64,000 nt of DNA from NCBI RefSeq assembly GCF_963506605.1, contig NC_083279.1, positions 29,264,001-29,328,000 on the forward strand, read 5' to 3'. Source of the stretch: Zootoca vivipara. Its lineage: Eukaryota. Of this stretch, positions 10,442 through 25,737 are shown in pieces. Under the pieces are notes generated by a model. It had not been told where the DNA came from. It was given only the letters and a program-made list of their open reading frames with translations, and made no database searches. Every line of letters begins with the position of its first letter. The first letter of the stretch is position 1. Made by a program: the position numbers and the translations under genes.

Positions 10442-13400
10442 TTACAAAGCATCAATCTTTTTCTGTTCCAGTTCTTTTAGACGACGGCGAATTATTAGTT
10501 CACCTTCACTGTTAATATAGGTATCAGACATTTCTTCTTCAGATGGAATTCCGTGGGGCAGCTTTAATGGCTTTATGCTATAGGAGCGGAGGAGGAAGCA
10601 GAAGAGACGAGACAAAATACATTAGTGCTATTCTACAAAAGCAATTTTAAAATGCTTTTGCCAAGAAGAGTTAACTAACCTTATTAGATGTTTAATCACT
10701 TTCAGTTTTTCATTCACAGAAGGGATGTTTTTATGCACTCTTAGCTCATATCTCTGTAGATAAGCAGATTTTATAGAAAAGTTCAGTTTCACAGAAAAGT
10801 TCCATTTCAATCACATGATTGCATACACAAAGAGAGAGCTTGCAGTAGTAGTTGGGGCAAGTATGTTATTCTTTAAATATAACTATGACAATCCTGCATT
10901 ACTTCAGGGGTAGCCAGTGTGATACCCTGCAGATCTAGTTGCACTCCAATTTCCATCAGCTCCAGTAAGACTAGCCAGAGGTCATGGATAACAGGTCTTA
11001 TCCTTGATAACAACATCTGGTGGGCATTACATTTGTTGTTATTGCATTACTTGGTGATTTATATTATTCGCTTACATATTGCCCTTCGTTCTGTGGGAGC
11101 CTAAAGAGGTCAATCCATTCATGAAGATTTAATAAAAATACAGGTGTTATCCAATGTTAGCAATACTCAGAGTAGGAGCACTGAAAGAAATACTCAAGTC
11201 CATTGATTTCAAAGTGTTTACCCTGAGTATCACTAATATTGGATAGAACCCTATGCCAATGAAAGGTATAGTTTAAGAACCAAAGATTAATACAGGGGAA
11301 AATATAAATATTATACTTAATCTCTTCTTATCCTCTAATAAAAAAATTAATGGTTCAGGGGGAAATACATATAGTATAATTCCTTTTTAGCTCACACATA
11401 TTTTAGTACAGTACAGGATCATTTCTGCTAAAGTTCATGGAGCACTGTATATGTGCTACCATATTTAGAATGTCAAAATTGTGCTAAATAGCAACCACTT
11501 AGATAAAGGGGTGAACCAAGATGAATTAACTGACTGCTAAAAATTATGGTTGGATCTCTACACCCCTACTCAGAAAGGGAGAACCACACTCAAAACCAGG
11601 CTTTCATGTGTAGATTCCTTTACAGTACTTAATCAGGGACGCTTGCCAACTGCTGCTGCTTATATGCACTGAGGTAAAATATTCAGGTGCAACGCATCTA
11701 CCTGTCTTGCATGACAGAATGTGAATGTACATTCCCACATGCTCTCAGGCAACTGGTTGCACAACCAACTATACCTAGTATGGCTTTGAAACTGCTTTTT
11801 CATGGATATCTAACAGGTGATTTACAAGCTGAAAACAGGATAATGAAGAAAGGATCTACTACGCAGAAATGAAATGCCTCAGCTGGGTTTTTGGAAAGTT
11901 GCTAGGCAACCTCCACCCCGCTCTCCCAGGTAGTTTAAGCTGCCCACCTGCCACCCAAAGATAAACAGATGCTGCTATGAGTGTGCACTTCTGGGCTCCC
12001 CTCTCCTCCCAATGTAGAAGATGTCAGAGCAGGCATTAGGGCGCCACTGGTGAGAGTTCCTATCTCATTCTGCTCTGCTCAGGAACGTTTGGCTGGCGCC
12101 TTTGTTATACTGTATACCGAATATAAACTGAATATAAAGACAAGAGATATGAAACCCATTTTTAACTATTTACCGTTAACTAATGTGGATCTTCTACAAG
12201 AAGCTGCAAAGGGACTCAGCAGATCACTGAATTTAACACCTTGCCCTTGCCCTGAGCTGAAGTTGTTCTACTCTTGATCTCTGAAAGACTGCAAACCTGT
12301 GCACATTTACCAAGGAGCAAGTCTAATCTAATATAATGGGACTTATATCTGAATAAACATGTGTAGGATTGGGCTGTACGGTATGTTTTAATGCCATAGA
12401 GAGATAATGATTTACTGGGCTTTTCCCCTCTGAAACACAGCGTCCCTGCAAAATGCTAATGTATTTTATACTTTTTCCAATCCAAGAAATTTGATTATCT
12501 CTTTTTCCCAATAAGGACGCCTTCTTCCACTTCTGACTCTGGTCACAAGGTGCAGTTTATGGGGCTGCTGTGGATCACCCCCATATTTTTCATGATCACC
12601 AGGCCGCGGCTGAAATACCTAAAATAAATTCAACAAAAGCAGGCTTCAGTAATACAGTTATCAATAGTTGAATAGTATACTACATCAGTAGTTGGAAAGA
12701 GGTCATTTGTAGCAAAGTAGTTGAAGACAGCAGAGGAATAAGTCTGTATCAATACTTTTTTTTTTAGCAGAAATGATCCTGTACTAAAATATGTGTGAGC
12801 TAAAAAGGAATGAATTGTACTACAGTATTTGTATTTTTACCTGAATCATTAATTTTTTTATCAGAGGATGACAAGAAGAGATGAAGTATCATATTGGTAT
12901 TTTCCCCTGTATTAATCTTTGGTTCTTAAACTATACCTTTGGTATAGGGTGCTATCCAATATTAGTGATACTCAGGATAGAACCTTTGAAATCAATGGAC
13001 TTGATTATTTCTTTCAGTGTTCCTACTCTGAGTATCACTAACATTGGACACTCCTTCATTGCAGGTTTCTAAAGAGAGGTTGGATGGCCGTCTGCCAGCG
13101 ATTCTTCAGCTCTGATTCCTGCATTGCACAGAGTTGGACTTGTTGACCCCTGGGATCTCTTCCAACTCTACAATTCTGTGATTCTATGTGTAGCACAACT
13201 ACATTTAAATTCTTTGTACACTTACCTGGGGGTTAAGCCCCACTGAACACAATGAAACTTACTTCTGAGTAACATGCATGTAAATGCACTGTAAACAGTA
13301 GAACATGAACCTGAATAAGTGTTTTGTTTTGTTTTTACAAGAGAGTTTGATATGTGAATATATGTGGTTAAGGCAGACATACCGATCAATGATTCTTGGA

Positions 13401-14786
13401 ATATCTCATATAAAAGTTGTATGACATTTTACAATTTAGCTTTGAAATCATAGAATCATAGAGTTGGAAGAGACCACAAGGGCCATCCAGTCCAACCCCC
13501 TGCCAAGCAGGAAACACCATCAAAGCATTCTTGACATATGCCTGTAAAGCCTCTGCTTAAAGACCTCCAAAGAAGGAGACTCCACCACACTCCGCTTCTC
13601 TGGAGCAGCAAAAAACAATCTTTCTCCCTCCTCCATATGACATCCTTTCATATATTTGAACATGGCTATCATATCACCCCTTAACCTTCTCTTCTCCAGG
13701 CTAAACATACCCAGCTCCCTAAGCCGTTCCTCATAAGGCATCGTTTCCAGGCCTTTGACCATTTTGGTTGCCCTCCTCTGAACACGTTCCAGATGCTTCT
13801 TCCCAAAAGGTATGAGATGCTAACTATCAGTAGCTCCACTGTATTGTTTACTTTTCTCTCTTTTTATCCTTTTGCTTGTTCTATTTGCCCTTTTTCAAGG
13901 TCTATAACTGCTTTCTCTACTTATAATAATAATAATCTCCCTGTATACAAGTTGTACAAGTGACAATAAAGTACTTCAATTCAATTCAATGTAACAAAAT
14001 GAAATAAAGACATATTTCATGAAAATAAATAAGTGAAAGAAAATGAGATATTAATTCTGCATCCCCACAACACAAAGCTTACCGATTCGGGAATTCTTGA
14101 CCTTGTAAATTTCTGCCTGATCCACACCCTCCAGGTGATTGGTTCCACTTTGTATTTTGCAAGACTCTGGAGCAGGAAGGAAATACAATCTTTATTGCAT
14201 ACAAGTTATAATCTACTAATTCCTTTATGGCACTTTTTGTTTCTTGTTTTACTCTGCTTTTTTAAACAATTTTTATCAATCAATTTTTTTTCTTCCAATG
14301 CAATATAATGAAGGGGGTCAGTTAATGAAATGAGAGATCATATGGGGTCATGCCCCATATACATAGCCTATATATTTGGATAGCGTTCTCCCTGGAGAGA
14401 GGGGGAAGAGAAATGACACCTTGCAGATGTTCAGAAGCACAGCCGTGCTAATTACTACCAACATTTTCCAAAATCAAAACCTGGCATTAGCACCATCAGA
14501 TCTGGGGGGCCAAATGGCGGCCGCCAACGCTGAGGAATACGGAGAACCTGAAGCATTCATAGGATCATAGAACTGGAAGGGATCCCGGGGTTCATCATTC
14601 AATCTAGCCCAACCCCCTGCAATGCAGGAATCTTCACTAAATAATACACCACGGGGCCAAAGTGCGGTTATCGACGCGCAGGACAGCACACTGGACTCGC
14701 CCCCCTTTCCCCGCGTCCCTCACCTGCCAAGCAGCAAAAGGGCTCCCGCCCGCAACTCTACCCAGCAACGCGCCCAACGCCGCCAT
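10442..14786 (-). CDS. MRPL30: 39S mitochondrial ribosomal protein L30 (uL30m), 167 aa; complement join(14724-14786,14083-14166,12472-12618,10680-10753,10442-10577)
   Basis: GT-AG introns, 504-nt continuous frame: [167 protein letters not shown]. This matches recalled human MRPL30 motifs ([32 protein letters not shown]). Minus-strand AATAAA at 10416-10421. Confidence 0.95.
11150..13048. repeat. Long inverted repeat: arms 11150-11432 and 12763-13048, flanking MRPL30 exon 3
   Basis: Exact reverse-complement blocks of 43 bp (11262-11304 vs 12898-12940) and 33 bp (11379-11411 vs 12779-12811), with collinear similarity across the rest of the arms. Confidence 0.9.
13060..13188 (+). mobile_element. 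CR1 3' tail fragment
   Basis: gaggttggatggcc...ttcctgcattgca...gttggact...cttccaactctacaattctgtgattctatg is a typical squamate CR1 3' end. Confidence 0.75.
13447..13793 (-). mobile_element. CR1 LINE 3' fragment with internal deletion
   Basis: ORF 13520-13762 ([37 protein letters not shown]...[11 protein letters not shown]) plus an (ATTCTATG)n tail at the low end. Confidence 0.9.
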
Positions 14787-15077
14787 GTTCCCACACCGCC
14801 ACCGGCCTCATTCCCCCAGCGTCCTAAGCGAGGCAAGGACGTCTCCCGGCTCGACCAATCACCGTCAGCGTCGCGTCCTCGTGGTCCTCATCTCCGCTCG
14901 CCGGGATGCCTTTCGGTTTCCAGTTCTCGGAAATCACGTGACAGGCGGCAGGCGTGGAATCCTGCTAGTTTCAGGTTTGTTTTGGTGACTGGTGTCTCCC
15001 GGACGCTTGCCCCTCTCTCTCGTACGGCGAATCGCCCTGTTAAGCGAGGAACCCGACGCCGTGCTTTCCCAGCGGCC

Positions 15078-19786
<4,709 letters not shown>

Positions 19787-21598
19787 CCCTCAGTTTCCGT
19801 TCCAACCAGTCTCATTGGTGTGTTTGGTTTTTTGAGCAAGAGCTACTCCTTCCACTATGCATTTTTTGTAAAGTAAACTGATTGTATTTTTTTCAATTTA
19901 AAAAATCTGCACATCAGCCCAATAGCTTATCTAAACAAAATGGCATGTTTGCCCCGGAGTAATGAACTGTCGGTGAAGAACACAATTCTGATTTGCTTCC
20001 TTGTGCTAGACTATCTCATTTTCTCCCCATACCATGTGGAAGGATACTCAAGAAAGCCTCTGAAGTAAAACATTTGACTACTGCATTTGTCTCTAAACAG
20101 CTACAATTCAGCAAAACTTGATTGGTGCACAGGAAATAATTGTGCATATAGCTGGAAGATTTATAGCAGTTTTCACTACAGCCATTTGCACTGCGTATAG
20201 ATTTAAGTTTTAAACTGAGAAGTTGGTTGCTTCTTCACCATGTGGTAGAGGTGTCAAAGAAACCCTCTGACAGCATTTTCCTCCTATTTTAACTGGGCTG
20301 GATTCAGACTAAATTAGTTCTTCTTTAGTCCCATACATAGCCATGAGACAAGTTAATCACGGCTAACTTAAACTTGGCTAATTTCAGTTAAACTAAAGCT
20401 GTAATTAGCTTAGTCTGGAAGGATACACCCCATATTAACCTCAGGGACCACAAGTTAAACAGGGATGTTGATGGTTCCCAGACTATATTTTAAGAATCGC
20501 TGAACTAAGCAAGTAGCAAAAATCTTCCAAACTCAGATATTACAGGCATCTTAAACGTGTGAAAAAGCAGCTAACTTCACTGGGGGTCAAAACTGGTAAG
20601 ATGCTACCGCTATGTATAATAAAGCTGTCCACTTAATATGCTCAATGAATTTGGAACCGTACAGGGAGCTTTTGCCTTTTATGCCAATTTACTGAAGAAA
20701 CAGAATTCTGGGGGCAGTCATGCAGCTTCTGTCACAATAACAGGCTGATGTCATCACGCAACAATGGAGTTTCCCACATTAGGGGAACCTCAGACCGGCA
20801 TAATACGGACATGATCACTGTGGATTACCTATGAGAAAAGGCAGAACTCTTGTAAAGGAGAGCAACCCAGACAGACACAGGCTTCGACACTCTATATAGA
20901 GTCTAGAATCAGCACAGCAAAATCGAGCACTATGCCAACCTGTCAACAATGGGAGAAGGAAAGAACATTCCTGTGAACCTCCTTTAAATAGCAGCCTCTT
21001 GGTTAATCCCTATGTTCTAGGTCTCTCTTTTAAAGCCACCTCCTAATAAACTGCTAGGAGGTACATGATCACCAAAGTCTTAAGTACTTTTACATTGATG
21101 ATTGACTTAAATAGAAGTTGCTTTCAAGTAAGGCTCTCAAGCTAACAACGCTTAGCATGATGCCTCTATTTCTTACTAGAACTGGGAATTCAGAAGGCGT
21201 AAAAACCTTAAGATTCTTGTCTTGAATGTCTAGGTACATGTTTTTAATGCTATACTATGCCATGTTTCTTTCTACCAGTATTTTTATTTTGTTTTATACT
21301 GTTTGCAAGCCATTGTGTGATCCATTTGGGCAAGTCTGTAGGATGCTAGCTTTAAGAAATAAATATGTACATTTTAAAAGAGAAGACTTCTAAGGACTGG
21401 TGATAAACATTTTAAAAAACAAAACTGACTTGATTAACAAGTTTGTATTTTTTTAATTTTCTTTGTTTTAATAAAAAGTGAATTTGTTTACATTCAGCAG
21501 TCTATTACTTCACTATTAAATCTCATATTTGGCCAAGTCCTTAAAACCCTCTGCTAGAATAAGACTGTATTGATAAAGGATTGATTATCAAGAATCAA

Positions 21599-22720
21599 CT
21601 ACATTAGAGATACTATATTCTCACACAAGAGACTCCACTTGCCGTGTATCTTATAATCTGTGCATGTTCTCATCAAAGCATCTGCTACTGCAGTGGTTTC
21701 CTTTGGACAGAATTTGCTGCCAATAAGATGGTTTTTCAGTTCATCACACATGATTGGTGGCAACCAGAAAGGAGGCACGTCAATGTTGCAAGTTTCAATT
21801 TTTCCATTTTTTATATCCACATTTATCTTAATTTCAAGGCAAGATTGTTCATCAACTATATTAAAGGATGTGCTAATACTGAACTTTGGTGTTTTGCCAT
21901 ATAGCCAATCCCAGGATTGCAGTTCTTTTGCTTTGTTATTAATTCCAGGGAATTCTGTTTCATCAGCTGGATTTATTTCAACAATATGGTTATCAATTTG
22001 GTGGTATGCAGCATATTCTTCTGCAATGGCATCAATGAGCATCTCACAAGTTAAAGTAGGTTCTTCTTCAAAGAGATTTTTCACTAAGGCAGGTACACTT
22101 GGCGTGGCATTGCTTTTTATCCCATTGTAAGGACTCTTGAGCACAGTTGATAAAATGAATTTATCAGCACTGCAGAGCAAGGTGCAGTGGTGATAAGCAG
22201 CAGTCCTTCCTAATTTTGCAGCAGTTCCTGAGATTTTAAAAATCCCATTTAACAAGAGGTCATATCTCTCTGTAGCCTCCACATCTAATTGGGGCCGCAG
22301 GGCTTTCAATGCTCCAACCACTAGTTTTAAATTTTCCATTCTTTTATACTTCTTCCTATTTGTAAAGAAAGTGAGATTGATGTTGCCAGGATCATGGTAA
22401 ACTGTTCCTCCCCCACTTTTTCTTCTAGCTAGTTTTATACCATTCTGTCTCATGAATCTGAGGTTACATTCCTGCCAAGGATTCTGATGTCTACCAATCA
22501 CTACAGTAGAAGAATTTCTCCAAAGGAAAAGAATGTGTCTGTTTTCCAAATTCATATTATCATGGATCCAATCTTCTAAAGCTAAATTCTGATAAACATC
22601 CTGGGAAACAGACTGCAGGATCAGCCCTCTCGTTGCACATTTGAAGCCAGCAGCTGGAACTTTGAGGACATACCGGTAGTGTAACTGGAAGCATTTCTTC
22701 AGAGATGACTGGATTATCAT
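21599..22720 (-). CDS. LIPT1: Lipoyltransferase 1, mitochondrial (373 aa, single coding exon)
   Basis: Intact ORF with LplA-family motifs [59 protein letters not shown]. The splice acceptor TTGTTTTGTTAG ends 8 nt upstream of the ATG (exon starts at 22728). Confidence 0.97.
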   Translation of the reverse strand: MIIQSSLKKCFQLHYRYVLKVPAAGFKCATRGLILQSVSQDVYQNLALEDWIHDNMNLENRHILFLWRNSSTVVIGRHQNPWQECNLRFMRQNGIKLARRKSGGGTVYHDPGNINLTFFTNRKKYKRMENLKLVVGALKALRPQLDVEATERYDLLLNGIFKISGTAAKLGRTAAYHHCTLLCSADKFILSTVLKSPYNGIKSNATPSVPALVKNLFEEEPTLTCEMLIDAIAEEYAAYHQIDNHIVEINPADETEFPGINNKAKELQSWDWLYGKTPKFSISTSFNIVDEQSCLEIKINVDIKNGKIETCNIDVPPFWLPPIMCDELKNHLIGSKFCPKETTAVADALMRTCTDYKIHGKWSLLCENIVSLM

Positions 22721-23249
22721 GTTTTAGTCTAACAAAACAAAACAGTATAGGCTGATACACGTTTTGCATAGTCTCATTTCAAAAGATCATGTCTGTGTTT
22801 CATTGGAAAATCATTTAAAACAATTCTGTTGAATCAGATTTTTTAAAAGACTTATTTCTGCTTTCTGACAAGTACCGTAGAGTTTTATATGACTGAATAA
22901 TATGCAGAAATTGTCTATTCCAGTTGTTTGTTTTACTGACCACCTAAGGGAAAAAACAGAATTCATTGTTTACTCTCAAATAGCTCGTATGAGGGGATAT
23001 GAAAGATTTGCTAGGGTAATTTGTAGCTTTACGTTAATCATTTTAGTCCTCTGAAATACCAAAAAGGACAATTCGTTATTAGGCCTTAAGCTACAAAGGA
23101 AACAATACATTTCCTCCCACTCGCATTAATTTCACAGCCCAGCCATACATGCCAAACGTGAAGGTCTCAGTGCTGGCGCAAGTGGATAACACTAAATTTT
23201 TATATACCACAGGTTTCCACTCCCTGTAATGGGATAGCACCAAGAATAA

Positions 23250-24490
23250 AGCGTGCGTGGCAAACGTTCTCAGTTTTGCACAGCACCGCAACCACGCTGG
23301 GGAAATTGCAGCAGTTGTTTCTGTGGTTAGAGACTATATTTTTGCAGGTCCTGATGGAGACTAAGGCCAGGCTCTGCACCCGAATAAGCTTTGTTCCATG
23401 CTGGCAGGCCTGGCAATGGAGATAGAAAGGGCACATTCCGCGACCCACCCGCTCGAATTAAACTGAATGCAACCTTGCTAGGACAAAAAAAGGAAACCCC
23501 CGTCGAGCTACATGGGGCTCTGTGTATGGGACTGCCGCCCAAAGGCACCGACCGGATCCTCTCAAGGACAACTTACCGAGCTCCCGCGGGACGCCACCAC
23601 GAAGATGGGAAGAGCATGGCAAGAGAAGTCCCTTCCAGCTTCTCCTAGCGCCCCCCAATACCCGTCGCCCTACTTACTGGGGATCAGCTCCCTTTGCCCA
23701 CGCGGGACGTGCGTTAAGTAGTCAGGCGGTGGCCATAGATCTAGAAATCAGATGTAACGCGCGCAGATCTACATAGATCCAAGAAATAGTGAAGAGTCGC
23801 ACACTGTCTGGATTAGGTTGCTCCCCAAAAAGTGCGCGTCTGTTTCCAAAGGAACTTTTGCCACAGCTGGTACCTTTGGGCGGACACTCTTGCACAACAG
23901 CTACTCCAAAATCCTTTATTTCGCCATTTGTTTTCCATTGAGCAACACACATCCTTGTCAGAAGGTCCCGGAAGTTGCCTATACAGTACAGGATTAGCGA
24001 GGCTACAGTTTTTTTCGAAATGTAGTCGCACAAAATTCCTTCCGGGTGCGCACAATAGTACCCGCCCGTGAGTTCCTATCACGAGTGCTCGCTTCTTACC
24101 GGCAAAAAAGTGGCGTATTTCAGTGAAAAGTGAAAATCCGGACAGAAAAGTTGCTTTTGGCACAATTGTTGAGCTTTTTACTTTTTTGTCCAATATTGCA
24201 AATCGCAAAAAAGTCGTTTTTGAGCTATTTTTATGGAGGCACTGCTGACATGGGCAGCCACGCGTCAGTACTTTCCCGGGCATTTAGATGCATTCCGACC
24301 GGACACTGTTACAGAATGCAGTACTGTACTGTATTGCCTTCCGACCACTGTTGTTCGCTCCCCTGCAGCTGTTTCCATGGCAGTTGACGGCATTTTTCTT
24401 ACTAGCGGGCAGAGGGGCGGGAGTAGATGCTGTGGAAGAGCACTGAAGCGCACGGAAATTTACAGATAAAGGCTGTCATTTGCATCGGCA
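23250..24490 (-). promoter_or_regulatory. CpG-island promoter and non-coding first exon(s) of LIPT1
   Basis: CpG-rich. ETS CCGGAAGT at 23968-23975, YY1-like CGCCATTT near 23922, minus-strand donor-like GTAAG sites near 23576, 23677 and 24099. Confidence 0.7.
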
Positions 24491-24662
24491 CTTCTATGGT
24501 TTTGCCATTCTCTGTTGCCCTGAAGCAGGCAAACCAGCCCGACAACATGAGAATCCGTATCCAAAGATTTGGCTCTTAAACTCTGTTTTTATTTTTTCCT
24601 GAATATAAAATAGTAAAGTCTTATACCATAAATATAAATTGGCAAAAGCATTTTAACAAATG

Positions 24663-24938
24663 TCATTGAACATCCGTTATTTCCAAACCATCATTTTCTT
24701 TAACAAACTTTTGAGAACCGACTACATTATTAGAGCTAGCTTCTGAGGGAGTGCCTACATTATTTTGTATCCCTTCTGGTATATTTTTCCCTGTGTTTTG
24801 GAAAAAGCCAGTCATAGGCCCTAAACTGATTTCCTCAGTGTTTTGAAATAAATGGTCATCTGCGCTTGGAGTTCCAATATTTGCATCTTTCTGTATTATA
24901 GATACTGGTGTCTTCGTTTTACTACAACAGTTGCCCAT
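24663..24938 (-). CDS. C2orf15: Uncharacterized small protein, C2orf15 orthologue (91 aa, single coding exon)
   Basis: Syntenic position between LIPT1 and TSGA10. DDHL, FQNT and the C-terminal VKENDGLEITDVQ match recalled human C2orf15 (DDHL, LFQNT, VKESDGLEMTDVE). Strong Kozak ACCATGG, upstream acceptor (T)nGCATAAG near 25015, minus-strand AATAAA at 24588-24593. Confidence 0.85.
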   Translation of the reverse strand: MGNCCSKTKTPVSIIQKDANIGTPSADDHLFQNTEEISLGPMTGFFQNTGKNIPEGIQNNVGTPSEASSNNVVGSQKFVKENDGLEITDVQ

Positions 24939-25195
24939 GGTGTAGTTACCATGCAGATATCAGAAACAATGCAAAGTCAGTGATGGTGGTCTTCAGGGAG
25001 ACTGCTGCATAAACCTTATGCAAAAAAAAAAAAAAAACAACCAACAAAATACTATTATAATAACTGAAGAAATTCCGTTAACTAACGTGTGATTCTAGCA
25101 ACTATGCATTTTGCTGTTATAATAAATATTAAGATGCAGGAAATTTAACATTCATTCTATTTAAATGAACAAACACAAAGAATATGGCCCCTAAT

Positions 25196-25217
25196 ACACA
25201 CACACACACACACACAC
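25196..25217. repeat. (CA)n microsatellite
   Basis: Run of CA dinucleotides. Confidence 0.9.
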
Positions 25218-25437
25218 AACACTGAAAGTCTGCAGGACAAGTGAACAATATAAATAACAGTGGTTGTTATTAATGGAAATAGCAATACAATATTAACAGC
25301 AGGGTTTTTATTCAACTGGAACTCACTGGAACATAGTACCTATCAGGTGGGTGCCATTGCCATTATAAGAGAACAAGGCAGACATTCATGGTGTGTTCCA
25401 GCACCTCTTTTTATAGGAAAATAACACCGGTTAACAG

Positions 25438-25737
25438 TAAGGTAAAGGTACCCCTGACCGTTAGGTCCAGTCGCAGATGACTCTGGGGTTGCGGCGCTCA
25501 TCTCTCGTTATTGGCCGAGGGAGCCAGCGTACAGCTTCCAGGTCATGTGGCCAGCATGACAAAGCTGCTTCTGGCGAACCAGAGCAGCACACGGAAAAGC
25601 CGTTTACCTTCCTCCTGTAGCGGTACGGTACCTATTTATCTACTTGCACTTTGACATGCTTTCAAACTGCTAGGTTGGCAGGAGCTGGGACCGAGCAAAG
25701 GGAGCTCACCCCGTTGTGGGGATTCGAACTGCCGACC
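25438..25737 (+). mobile_element. Sauria SINE
   Basis: ggtaaaggtacccctgaccgttaggtccagtc...gactctggggttgcggcgctcatctc...ggtcatgtggccagcatgac...gggattcgaact. The same family recurs several times in the window. Confidence 0.85.

Noticed and set aside
21644-22130. Plus-strand ORFs of 86 and 156 aa
   Set aside because: These are antisense shadows of the LIPT1 coding exon.
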